A stretch of 64,000 nucleotides of DNA, taken from Octopus sinensis (lineage: Eukaryota). Below, piece after piece: positions 11,201 to 24,089 of this stretch. The stretch lies in the NCBI RefSeq assembly GCF_006345805.1, contig NC_043015.1, positions 9,610,001 through 9,674,000 on the forward strand. Reading direction: 5' to 3'. The notes under the pieces are model-generated. The model made no database searches and was not told where the DNA came from. It worked only from the letters and a program-made list of their open reading frames with translations. The translations under genes were made by a program, and so were the position numbers. The first letter of the stretch is position 1. Every line of letters begins with the position of its first letter.

Positions 11201-12499
11201 CACAATTTCATAAATGAGATTTTGAATGATTCAAGAAATCTCGCATGTCAGTACAGATCCGTTTTATCCTAAAAAAAAAACATAAATGAATAGGATTTCA
11301 AAATACACAAAATGTTCGAAAATTTCTTTTAGTTTGCCCAAATTTTCAATGGGTTCTAATGTGGCACAACCAAAATTTCGGAGATGACTGAAGGGTTTTA
11401 ACTCCTTGCAGCAAAAATGCTCGAATACTTTTTTTTATTCTTTAGTCGTTCCGCTAAATATGAACAGACAAACGTCGTCTTCGATGGGAGAATTCATCAT
11501 CATCATCATCATCATCGTTATCATCATCTTCATCATGATCATCATCATCAACATCATAATCAGCATCAATATTATTACAATTGTCGTTGTTGCTGTTATT
11601 GTTATTGTTGTTATCATCATTACTATTATCATCATCACTGTTATTTTTGTTGTTTTTGTTATAAGGGAAATATGTCAATTCGGCCCGAAGAAATCGTGAT
11701 TATATATTGCAGCGCTGAAGAATGCGGGTCATTGCATATTGTCCTCAAGATAATCACAGATAATTTAAAATCTGTACATTCACCTTTTCCACTTTTGATC
11801 TTCTCATCCAAGAAGAAACGGGGCATGTCGTGTACCTTATGTTCCTTCAATTTTGGGGGCGAGCGCATTGACCGATGACAATGTCCTCCCGGGCTCATCG
11901 TATATGAACAAACCTCTTCTCATAAAATAGAATTTATGGTTCATGTATCAATTCATTGAAGCTGGGATCTGAAAGAGCACATTCTACGTTTCTGACATTA
12001 TCTGCCCATCGAGAATGTTCTGTGAATTTTTGTTTCTCTTTTCTTTTTGCCATACCAAACACTATAATTTAGTAATCCAAGAAATCTTTTCTGATCATAA
12101 GCAGAAAAGAGTTTATGACGTTTAAGACTCATAAGAGATTTGAAGAACTCAAGAGACGTGTTCATAAAAACATAGAATGAACAAAAATTGTCGGTTCGAT
12201 ACAAGAAAATTCAACCTTCTTCTCCGCCACTGCACTAATTGAGTACACGTTAGCCAACGCCACAAACGAAAAATTTATGTACCTGTGCATACAGTCTAAA
12301 ACCATTTCAGGATGGTATATACAAAAACCACTTAAAATAATAGGGGTCTGTTTTGTTTTGTCTGGCTTTTTAAAATTTTCAAGGCGTTGAATTGAGGTTT
12401 GGCGGTCAGCATGATGACAGGTCATACCAATATATCAATCGAGACAGACAGTCAGACAGAAAAGAAAGTTAGTTGAAACGAATATGAATGACATATATA

Positions 12500-13113
12500 T
12501 CTATATATATAAAACTCAACTTGTGTGTCTATGTGTGTATCTGTGTGTGTAGGTGTTTAAATCCCCGGTACCTCTCCTCCTAGCCAACAAATCGTAGAAC
12601 CACCAAGGATGGGTCAGTTAATGTTTAGGCGAATGAAAATTGAACTGCGCTATTTCAGTTGCGAAATTCATCTCGCACGTGCAAAAATCGACAATGTGTT
12701 TGTTTAGGCCTTATCCCATGCATTGAATAGTGAACTTTACTCAGTCAGCTGTTTGACGTGAACTGTGCTCACCACGCGTGCAATCATGCGTAAAATTTCA
12801 TGAAAAATAAAAAATCAAAGATATAAAAACGAATCGCCGTAATCATTGTAGAAAGTCGGCAAAGAAATTAATTTTCGGGATGTAGCCTGGAGGGTTTTTT
12901 CGTATTAATCGTTTGGACTTTGTGAACCCATAACAATTGTTTTCATAACATTTTAACGCTTTGAATTAAATGTGACCATTTTGTGTTGAATCTGCAGTTT
13001 GAATCACTTTAACCAAATTTTAGCAGGCCGGATTTTTGATCATCACGATACATCGCCAGCGACTCCCTGAAACTCTCCCCTGAAATCCCTGATGAGATGG
13101 GCAATACTGCTAG
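12500..13113 (+). mobile_element. Non-autonomous Helitron, complete
   Basis: Begins A|TCTATATATATAAA and ends ...GGGCAATACTG-CTAG|T, with a weak CCC..GGG hairpin before CTAG and no TSD. A second copy lies at 60566-61080. Confidence 0.75.
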
Positions 13114-13657
13114 TCTTAGATAAAATATTTGACCAGATTTTCGAATTTGTAAATGATTGAATAACAATTATCGTTCAACAAATTGGTGGTAAATGTCAGA
13201 CAGGTAACGACATGCTAGTTTAATCCCCAACGTAAAAATATTATTAACAACCATATCTATGCATTGTATTAAATACCACTGAATTCAAAATTCTGAAATT
13301 AACGACAAAACCCGTGCTGTAACCCAAGCAAAAAATTGCTAATAACGTAATATGTTTAGGTAGCTATTCAGTCGAAATTATGATGGATTTACACATAAAA
13401 TATAGCCAGTCATTCACACACAATACACTCTGTTACAGATATTCTACATCGAGTAATTTGCTAATTGATGAACTAATTATATAAACAGCAATGAATTAAA
13501 TAAACACCAGTGCAATAAATCAGATTAAAGAGTTGATTCACTTTCTCCCTTTGTGCGTTCATCTCAGCAATTATTTCATCCTTTCTCACGTATTATATAA
13601 ATTTGTATACATACGCTCATTCACAAACAGGCACGCCCATATAAAAAAAACCAAAGG

Positions 13658-13696
<39 letters not shown>

Positions 13697-14602
13697 GTAC
13701 ATACACGCACACATATATAAATGTATGTATGTGTATATATACTCTAGTCTATCACTATTTATCAATTCATTTGTTGTTAACGTTTACTGGCATTATGATT
13801 CCTCTGATACTCAGGAACAAATTAACATTTATTTGATTCAATGAAAGCTTTGTAATGTCTGCTTAATTTCGTTCCCTGTCAGCAACAAACATATACGGAC
13901 ACTGTGTCCCGAAGCGTACATTGTTCTTACGATTCCAATGCCATTAGTAAAATTAATTAGTTTTGTTCTCATTCATCAATCACTTTTTATGAAAAGCAAT
14001 GTCATATATATACATATATGAATAAACGCGAATACACATGTATATATAGGTAAACATACACGCACACACACACACACATGCACACATATATATAAAACTA
14101 TATACTATATATGGGTGTGCCTATCTCATCGTATAGTCTACTGAATGTATGGCAGAAGAACTATTTAAGTGTTTATCGTAAAGAGGCATTATGTTTGTTT
14201 TTCATTCTTTAACAGATGTAACACAATTACAACACAGGAAACGGTCATTGCACTTTATAGGTAAAAAAATTACAAAATCTTTCGTTTGTTTAGAACGAGG
14301 AAATAGCCGATCCCTATACAAAAACCATTTGTAATAATTATATACATCAGTACATATATATGTAGAAACACACACATACATAAATACATACATGCATACA
14401 TAAATACATACATGCATACATACATTCATACATATATACATACATTCATGCGGAATACATACATATATTAAGAGAAAGGTAGGTATACACATATATATAT
14501 ATATACACATATATATGTATATATATATACATTTCTATCTGTATCAATATACATATAGATGTACATTTACATATACTCATATACATTATATATATACATA
14601 TG

Positions 14603-14665
<63 letters not shown>

Positions 14666-15371
14666 TGTGTGTGTAAGGTTATATATATGCATATATAAAA
14701 AATTACATATACTACGTACGTGTGTAAGTGCGTATGTATATTTTCGTATATATTTTTATGTGTGTATACTTCGAATATCTCTCATTATGATTCATTAAGA
14801 GGCCCTCGAGTGCTTTCTTTATTTTTTCTTATTTGTTCTACCAATCACGATGAACACAGAGCTACTCATTTGGTTTTGTATTTTTTTGTAATCCGTTGCA
14901 TCGCAAAAGTGTGAGTTATTATCGTGGCTACCAATCACTAATTGGATTCATTAAATTATCAAGGAACGTCTGTTTCTATACATTTCCAATACATTTCTGC
15001 ATTTATATATAATATATATATGTATGTGTGTGTATGTGTGTGTATAAGTGTATAGAGAAATACAGGTAGAAAATCATACACACATAGAAAAATGAAATTG
15101 AAACCCTGTTTATTTTCTAAAACCAACACTACTTAACAAAGTGTAACTATTCATAAAACAGTTGCCTTGTTGGAGAGTAATGAAAATGTTTAAAATTCTA
15201 TAAATTATAATCATATATATACACACACATACACGCACACACATACACACACATATATATGGAAATTGATGGAAAGATAGATAGATAGAAATATAGAGAT
15301 GTAGAGATAAAGAGATATGTAGATAAATACATGTAGACACACACACACACACACGCGCGCGCATATATATG

Positions 15372-15423
<52 letters not shown>

Positions 15424-16182
15424 CGTACATACATATGGCAAGAAGGGCGTATTTCGTCGCAGGAAAAATATATAAGATTTTGTTGTTGAGAATGGACTTG
15501 AATTTGGTATCCTTATATTGCATTTGTTTTTAAATATGTTTTGCTATATATATATATATATGTATCAAAGTAGTTTCAACGATTTTGTGTTTATCAATTA
15601 TATAAGGGTAAGGGATTTGGAAACTTTTAAATCTTGAAGCGCCAAATATCTTTAAACTATTAAATATTCACAAAATTAAGCGAACAACACAAAAAATTGT
15701 CAATGAACGTTTAAATGATTAAATGTTTATAAAATTCCATATCAAAAAGGATAGGGGAAGAATATAAAAAAATGTGGAGCATTAAACTTTGGTCATATTA
15801 AGTTAAGAGAGAGAAAAAGAAAAAAGAATATAAAGAAAAGGTGTTTTGTTGCACTCGCTTACATATAAGCAATGGAGTAGGGTCACTGATTGCGTTTCAT
15901 TATTTAAAGCACTTTAAGCGACAGATCTGTCTGGAAATTAGCTATAGTTCATCCTATATTATTAGCATTATCTTGCGTTTGAGAATAAAATAATTTTCTT
16001 ATCTGTATCAATACATCTCAACGATTCTAAAAGCAAACTTTGCTTGCTGACTTTCAGCCTGCGTTGAATTATATATATATATATATATAATAGTAAGGAA
16101 ACATTTTTTTTAAAATGCAGAATGCTCAAGTGAAAGAAAATTTTAATAAAATGAGAAATTGATAAAATATATAATATATATT

Positions 16183-16222
16183 TATTCAACCGGTTTCGTC
16201 ATTGTATGACTTGTCAAGAATA
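16183..16222 (-). ncRNA. Decayed hammerhead (core UUGACAA instead of CUGANGA)
   Basis: Stems are intact (UAUUC/GAAUA; GUCAU/AUGAC; GAAA; palindromic ACCGGU; GUU), but the core has two substitutions. Confidence 0.6.
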
Positions 16223-18140
16223 TTTATGTTTTAAAAAGTTTTTTTAAAAATTAGAAAGGGGAAAAAAGAAAATTGCATTGTTTTTTGCAAAAGAATAATG
16301 ATAAAATGTACAAACATTAAAAAATAAGTACTCCGATACATTGTGAGTTCGTTGTGTATCTTGAGTTTTATGATTGTTCACGAAAAAATTACCTTGAGGT
16401 ATTAAGATCCAAAGGGATTAAGAGCATGCGTTGTGTGGTTTAATTCAGCATGTTTGCAGGACAGGAAGTAGTAGTAATTGTGGTTCTTCAGTTCCTGTAT
16501 ATATATATATATATATATAAATTAAATTTCCAAATTAGGTTGGTGGAGATGTATGTTGCTAGCGGGCACTGTATTTACTTTTACCTGCTAATAATGCCCA
16601 CTAACCTCCGTGTGTGACGAAAAACTCCAGTGAGTTTATTTTACTATCCTCGGTAGATCTTCATACCGGCAAATCCATATGTCTCTATAGGGACTGCATG
16701 TTGCCGGTTCAGAAGTAATAATACATTAATTATAAAGAGAAAAGAGATTTATATATCAAGTTTTATTCTGTAGTCAATCACCCCTTTCCATTTCTGCTGC
16801 AAATTTGTGCACATTGCAAAATATTGCTACTTGTGGTGCATTTTGGTGTTACGTGTCCCTACTTCAGGGCGCTATTAACAGCGTTTCAGATCCCATCTCT
16901 CTTTTGAATTTTGACTAATAAACCATTAATACGATAGCGCGTTACGATGTGTTTATGAGTCTACACACACATTTAATCGAGTTAAGTGATTAAATGATAC
17001 GTCAATTCTAAAATTAGTATAGAAATCAAGTAAACAATAGCAAGTAGAGTAGTTGATGAAATACAAATTCCTAAATAAATAAACGATATCCATAAGTTTA
17101 ATTTAATTAGCAAATTAAATAATAGAAAAATAATCCATTATTAACAATAATGTTAATAATAATAGGAATATTAGAGGTAGTAGTAGTGATAAGGATCGTC
17201 GTAATAGAAACAAAAATAACATCAATATTCACTAAGTAACCTGGAACGAAATATAGTACTATGCATCACTCGAAGGATAAAATTCATTTGCTCACTACTG
17301 ACCAATTCTTAGGCGGGCTAGTCACTTACTTTGCTTACCAGTAAATATGAAAAGATCGGAATTTAGGCTATTTTTAAAATATTAAGACCATGTAGGAAAT
17401 ATGTTGCTTGGACTTGTATTTAGTTCAGATGGGTTCTGCAACATAGTTTATAGCACAATGAAGAAGCGCCAAATAACACTAAACTGCACACCAAGATGCA
17501 AGATGTTGCAGTATGCACAAAATTACAACAGAAACATATGTGTGAAGTAATGGAAGAAGTGATTGACTGCGGAATAAAACTGGATATATAAATGTCTAAT
17601 CCCGTTATTATTAATATATATATATAGGAAGCCTAGAGATATATACAAGTACCTCATATTCATCTGCCTATTACCTCAATCCGCTTGAGTAATAAAGGCA
17701 GAATGAAGTACTTTTATCTATTGGCTGAAAATAATATAAATTTAACCAATTTATATTATTACTTTTTATGATATTTACAGGTATCCTTATATATTACTAT
17801 ATTTCATAGCTTATATCTTATATGCAAAGAATAATATACTGTATGTATGTAAGTATGTATGTATGTATGTATGTATGTATGTATGTATGTATGTGTGTGT
17901 ATGTATGAATGTATGTATGTCATTATAATTATCAGTTTAATAAATAAATTAGTTAACATTTTAATGTCCAAAATTTGATGAAGCACCTATTGTTCACTTC
18001 TACTATCTTATTTGCGATATTATATATAATATATACTAGCCTTTTAAGCTAGCTCCTGTGGAGAGGTCTTCATTGAGCGCTTATTCAATATATATATATA
18101 TATATAATATATATATATATATATTATATATATATATATA

Positions 18141-18479
18141 GAGGGTAAAGACCCCCTTCGGTCATGAATGACCATGGGATTGCACCTAGAAAGTTACCTT
18201 CCTAATACAAGTCCGGGCAAGGTTGTTTATGGAAGGCCAGCAGTCCGCCCATGCATACCAGCCTCCCCTCTCCACGCCACCAGTGTTATCCAAGGAAAGA
18301 AAAAGGTCGATACAGCTTGGCACCAGTGACGTCGCAACTCATTTCTACAGCTGAGTGAACTGGAGCAACGTGAAATAAAGTGCCTTGCTCGAGAACACAA
18401 CACGCAGCCGGTCCGGGATTCGAGCTCACAACCTCACGATCGTAAGCTCGGCGCTCTAACCACTGAGCCATGCGCCTTC

Positions 18480-18480
<1 letters not shown>
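18141..18480 (-). mobile_element. tRNA-derived SINE, family 2, inserted in (TA)n
   Basis: A-box TGGCTCAGTGG (18460-18470), B-box-like GCTCGAATCC (18416-18425) and CORE-like GAGCAAGGCACTT. (TA)n lies on both sides. Confidence 0.85.
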
Positions 18481-18567
<87 letters not shown>

Positions 18568-18569
18568 TA

Positions 18570-18653
<84 letters not shown>

Positions 18654-18679
18654 GGACTAACTAGGTATGCTATTTCATT

Positions 18680-18770
18680 TACCTGGCTGATTAAGTTAAA
18701 GTTTATTAAATTCCATTGTAGAATGCAGTCATTTTATAACTTTATACATTTTAACTGATTCAGCCAGGTA
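18680..18770. mobile_element. 91-bp MITE-like element with 21-bp imperfect terminal inverted repeats starting with TA
   Basis: tacctggctgattaagttaaa versus the reverse complement of the right end, tacctggctgaatcagttaaa: 19/21 identical. Confidence 0.5.
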
Positions 18771-19079
18771 GTTCACGAAATACCAAGTTATTCCGTGAAA
18801 TAACGGAATAAACACGAATAATTATGTATTAGGATGAAATAACTGGAATCCTGCTTCACATGGAATATAATTCTGAATCTCATGGGGCCTATACATTCGT
18901 AAAATTCACCCATCACTAAAGAAATAAGCAAGACTTGCGAGTGTTTCATGGAAATTTCTTGTTTAGCTCCACGTTTAATTAGGGATATCCATGTATAATT
19001 GCCGTTGTTTTCAAAAATAGATAACATTGTATATTTGGTAGGAAGACTAATATAGTATCATACACCAAATTCTCAGAAA

Positions 19080-19900
19080 GCCAGAACACTAATTTTGTCT
19101 ACGAATAAGCGTTTCGGGAGTGTTTAAGCATTTTAGTAGGGCTTATGTTACTATCCAATTCAGTAAGGGCACTAAGAGCCGGTAGAGAATATGGATATTG
19201 GTAATTTTTCTATCATAACAGAAAATGTTACATCCCCGAGATTTGATCTCAGATGTTTGTTGTCGAAACATATAGAATATTAAAGCTTATCGACTACTTC
19301 AACGAGTGTGACGATTAGCTCCATAGGATTGAGTAATATATTTCTGAAATCATTGTTAAATGACAATAGTATTAAAACTTGTTTCATGAAGAATATGCAC
19401 TTGAAGGTAACATGTCCAATATTTGAGGAATTTAGTAGGAATGAACGTATGTTCATAACGTTGAATATGTTCAGATCTTCTTAGAACTTTACGACAAGTT
19501 CTAGTATTTAATAACGTGCCTTTCTCACAATGACGTTTCCGCATACAAGTGGCAAGTAAATTTGAAATAAGTAGGAGGTATAATATTCTTGGATACACTA
19601 GTAATATCAATATTAATATTCTCAAAGCAATGATCCAGAACTTCTATAAACATGACTCTCTGCTTCAAGATTTCAATATTTGTTACTTTCAATTAATACT
19701 AGAAATATGACTTGAAGTAATAATCGTCTTATGTAGCATCCATGCAACTCTAATAAAATGTTAGTCTCTAGAATGAAACTTTTACACATAATCAATATGA
19801 TAGTGCACAAATTTGGAAATCGATGATACTCTCATACGTTATCCATCTAAAAGAAGTAATTTTGTCTGGAGTATGTTATAATTTCTGTTTGTAAATCCTG
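19080..19900 (-). mobile_element. Possible decayed PLE (GIY-YIG region)
   Basis: Across frames YFKFTCHL and RTCRKVLRRSEH resemble the PLE 'YKFTC...YIG.T.R.L..R..EH' motif. A GAAACGC remnant lies 3' of it at ~19100. Confidence 0.3.
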
Positions 19901-20256
19901 AGGTATGGCAGAAGTCTCAGGCCTAGTCAAAAGTAGTGATTATTATTAGAATTTAATAAAGTTCATCTTGTGTTTAATGACATCATAAAAATCTGAAAAT
20001 TCAAATATTTTCTGACATCTATATTTTCCTTCCTTTGAAACTGATTGTCTTTTAACTTCTCTAAAATGTATTCAACTTTAAGAGTACGTCAAGTTTCGTC
20101 AGAAGATTCTATTGGGAAATAATATAAGGTGGTAAAGCAAAACCATTGCTTTCGCTTTTTTTTTCATTTATTCCCCGAATATAGACATTCTTCGCTATTA
20201 TATATTCGTCTTTAAGTGTTTCCAGTTTTCATGATATTGTTATCAAGTTGTTTCAC

Positions 20257-20296
<40 letters not shown>

Positions 20297-20319
20297 TATT
20301 ATTATTATTATTATTATTA

Positions 20320-20369
<50 letters not shown>

Positions 20370-20370
20370 G

Positions 20371-20401
<31 letters not shown>

Positions 20402-20403
<2 letters not shown>

Positions 20404-21700
20404 GAGAGCAATATTTCTCTTTTGGCAGTGGATTCTGGCTGCCAAGGTGCTCGTAAATGCTTTCCGAGAGCATAACTGTTAACAGCTTACACACTTGTGG
20501 GAAGCAAATGATTGGTCTATATTTAGTGGCTATATTGACTTCACTTTGTCTTTGATAAGGAGTGCTATTCTCCCTGCGGTCATCCAGACAGTACCTTTCA
20601 AACTTAATTTGGTCCTGGATCTTTACTCTTAAGTCTTCTAACTAACACTTTACCTATTAATGTACTATTTGGTTTTCGATCTAGCTGATTATCACAAACT
20701 ACATCTTAATTCACTTTCTTTAACTATGCTGCATCTACATTGTAATTAAGTGGGTGAAGCCAAACCTTAATCCATAATGTCTTAGCTCCTTCTGCATGAG
20801 TTTCAAATCTTCACTAGTTTCTTCTACACTTTATTTGGCTATAAAATCTTCTCCGCTGTTCTCTAGATACTGACGTTTGTTTCATTACTAATACCTGGAA
20901 AGCTTAACTGTTGCTGTTAAAATATGCAGTTTCAGAACTATCATGAATACCCCAAGTATCTTTGACTAAGTATTTTGTCAAGAGAATATTTAAATTTTGT
21001 GTACCCAGTCTTCTATTCTACTCGGATCTTGTTTTAATGTGTTTTCATTTATTTTCTAATCACCATTTGCACATCTGCGTCTTCCTTTTCTTCCCCCGAG
21101 GAATAAATAGTCTGCAAGTAATGTGCAACCCCTCTGGCATATGTCAATAAGTTAGTGTCATTTATATTTTAGTATCTATCGTACTGAAAGCAGAATCTAT
21201 TTTCCTAGTTTTATCTAGTATATTCATTCTGTTGGTATCCATTAATGCTTCTAATAATTGGTTTCCTCTTCTTTACTCATTCCTCCCCGTAACTTATCTA
21301 AAATCTTCTGATTCTCCCCACTTAAGTCGCTGGCCCCAGTTGCCATTTCCTGATTGGCAGTGCTTGTGTTACATTTTTCTGTTAGTTTTTTATTTAGTTT
21401 GAACTGTATCTCTTATGTCATTGTTTAGTTTTTCCCCTGTCTGGTCTTTATTTTCTATTTCCTTGTGTTGTCTTCCACCTGACACTTTCTCATCCATTTT
21501 GCTTTCGTAATAGCATTAGCTTGGTACATTAGTCTCTGCTCGTCACTTTAAACATATCCAAAGTGTTAAATCCATTTTCTCTAACCCCTTTGTTTCGGTT
21601 CAATTTCTAGGTAGCACTGCATCACTATTCTGCATTCTTCGCTTGTCAACTTATCAACCTTACTCTATTATCGGCTGATGTTGTCTTAGTATAACGTTAG
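20402..21700 (-). mobile_element. R4/Dong-type relic, N-terminal part of RT (3' truncated)
   Basis: KYRPIICFPQVCKLLTVMLSESIYEHL..QNPLPKEKYC parallels NYRPITCLPTMFKAFTAVISQRLNKHLDEN at 54420-54515. It ends in (ATTG)n/(ATT)n; the upstream limit is approximate. Confidence 0.65.
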
Positions 21701-22221
21701 TGGCTACTCTGCATCTGTACTGAACAAATGCTGAGTGAAAGGCCCTCCCTGAAACCTCTAGCTTCATTTTCGCTGTTAATACCAGAATTTCTGAGCAGAT
21801 TCTTGTCTACCATAAACTGAGTTAAGGTAATGTTCATCTCATCATCATCACCACTATTATTATTCGACACCTAGTAACTGTCTGTTGCAACACATGCTGC
21901 TTTCGTTTGAGTTGTATTGTATTACATTAATATGTTTTGTTATGAATCTAGGTGTCAGTCTGCTGTTCTATTAGTGTTTGTATTGTGTGTTGTTTGTGCG
22001 GTGGAGGTTATGTTCTGTTGGCTAACGAGCATGTGTGGCACATGTTAGTGGGATTCCTCATTTTATTGTATTTATTGTATTAATGTATTCCTGTAGTTTT
22101 ATGAAGTGTAGCATTGTAGTGTTCGCATATCATTTCATTGTCGTCCTGGTGTTCTCTCCACCGCTCCTTTCTGGTTTTGTCATTCGTTTCAGCACTGTCA
22201 TTAAGAAAAGGGTCCGACTTA

Positions 22222-23007
22222 CTATTATTCAGAAGTCTTATTTTTATCACGTGCTTTCATATCACTACAGAGCGAAGCACAGTGTCCCTTGGTTATGTGC
22301 TGCAGTTTGTTTTGCTGGTCTTATTTTAACTTTATTGAAAGTGCTTTACTTAGGATGTGGACAGTGCCTAGTAGTGCTATTTTCTGTATGTCATATACAT
22401 CCATAAGTCCTGGTGATATGGTTATGTATTTATTTAATGTTTTTTTAATCATACCTAATACACCTATTACTATATTGATTGGTTCTGCTCTGAGGATCCA
22501 CATTTGATTTCCTCCCTTTCCAGATCTTTGTATTTCGAGACTTACTTTTAGAAATACAGTGCCATCTGCTAAGGTTGATACATCGATTAAAGGGCATTGA
22601 TCTTTTGTTATTGATCTCTAACAATTATAGCCGTTTTATTGGCCTTGTCTTCTTCATTCTGGCTTATCCCAAAATATGGTTGCATTCAGAATATTTTTTA
22701 TGATGCGCATATACGATCTATTTTCTGATGTCATTCTATAGTATTTTCATATCTTCCAGTGTATATAGGTCCTCACGCTGTAGAAATATTCCTTTTTAAC
22801 CAGGACTGGGCGGCCACAGACAAAATGATTTGTTGTTTCTTCCCCATCACCATATATTGCGGAGTTAATTGTATTTTTTTTTCATTATGTGTTTCTGGTA
22901 GGGAGAGTTTGATTCCTTGCTGGATTTTAAAATGATTCAGTCTCTGCTTCGAAACATAAGCTTTTCAGACACTCTTGGTATTTTACTTTGTCTATTTTTT
23001 GCTGTTT

Positions 23008-23010
<3 letters not shown>
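22222..23010 (-). mobile_element. 5'-truncated R4/Dong-type element, same subfamily as 53908-56603
   Basis: ORF 22321-22503 (IVIGVLGMIKK...IQKIALLGTVHIL) and the 3' UTR (gcacata.ccaagg.acac...gtagtga..tgaaagca...ataaaaataa.act.ctgaataa) both match 56360-56606. The 5' junction lies in (AAT)n. Confidence 0.85.
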
Positions 23011-23094
<84 letters not shown>

Positions 23095-23266
23095 GTTTTC
23101 TTTTTTTCTTCGCCTTTCAAATTTGCTTCCATTTCTTGCCGAGTGTCTTCCCGACATTATTATTAGTATTATCATTATTATTGTTGTTGTTGTTATTGTT
23201 ATCACCATCATCATCATCATCATCATCATCATTATTATCCTTATTTTTATTATTATTATTATTATT

Positions 23267-23320
<54 letters not shown>

Positions 23321-23345
23321 GGTGGTGGTGGTGGTGGTTTTGTTA
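23011..23345. repeat. Compound trinucleotide microsatellite (ATT, ATC, GTT, GGT blocks)
   Basis: Direct reading. It explains the homopolymeric ORFs at 22927-23428. Confidence 0.95.
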
Positions 23346-23784
23346 TTGTTGCTGTTGTTGTCGTCGTCGTCTTCGTCGTTGTTACTACCGTTGTTTTTTA
23401 CCAAAGTTTTAGCTGTATAAAGGAATAGAACAGAAAGGGACTTAGTGAGAATTTAGAAGAGGCGCTTAGGAAAGGCATCGCAACTCAAGTGCTGGCAGGT
23501 CTTCGGTCAACACTTCAACGTCAAGCACGAAGGTTGCCTTGTCAGAGCTAAGACACGTGTTCTGAGACCAGAGGGAACCAAACCTGCTTGATGGGCCTGG
23601 GTGGCGGAGGCGCAAAATTGCAACAAACACATCGCTCGTTCTTTGTTGAACCAAAATGGGCTCATAGTAAACGAGCCGGAACAGACATGTGTGACTTTGC
23701 AGTAGCATTCTGGCGAATTATTCGGGCCGAATGGTGGGCCAGATCGCAGGATAGATAGATTTAGATACATACATACACACATAC

Positions 23785-24020
23785 ATGATGGCTGCCCCCT
23801 CGTTATCGAGTATGGCCATTGCACGAAGCTTAATGGTTATTGATGCACGCATCGAATGTAACTTTTTAGCCCAGCTAAAGATCTACAGTGTCTTGTACAG
23901 AATTAGCAGCTAAAACCTTTACCGGCAATAGCCGGCTGTAGTTGTAACTGGGCTTCATGTACTCTTGCATGTCGTTTAAGTCCTCCAGACGTGATTAGTA
24001 TGCTGTGTAACACCACCACC
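23785..24020 (-). mobile_element. 3' end of an RTE-like LINE
   Basis: Minus-strand translation SGGLKRHARVHE...FSC*FCTRHCRSLAGLKSYIR resembles a terminal C2H2-like repeat of RTE ORFs. It is followed by a short 3' UTR and a (TGTA)-type tail. Confidence 0.55.
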
Positions 24021-24089
24021 GTATAAATATGGATGCATATGTATTTAAATTTTTTTTAAAGTTTAAATTCTAGTTACATGTTTGCATAT

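Noticed and set aside
13089-13113. CTGATGA near the Helitron end
   Set aside because: There is no downstream GAAA or stems; it is part of the Helitron subterminal region.
23459-23520. HDV-like ribozyme candidate (P1 GGCGCUU/AAGUGCU with a G-U first pair, followed by GG)
   Set aside because: P3 does not pair, L3 lacks the CC needed for P1.1, and no P2 partner is found. The segment 23440-23750 remains an unclassified repeat-like sequence.
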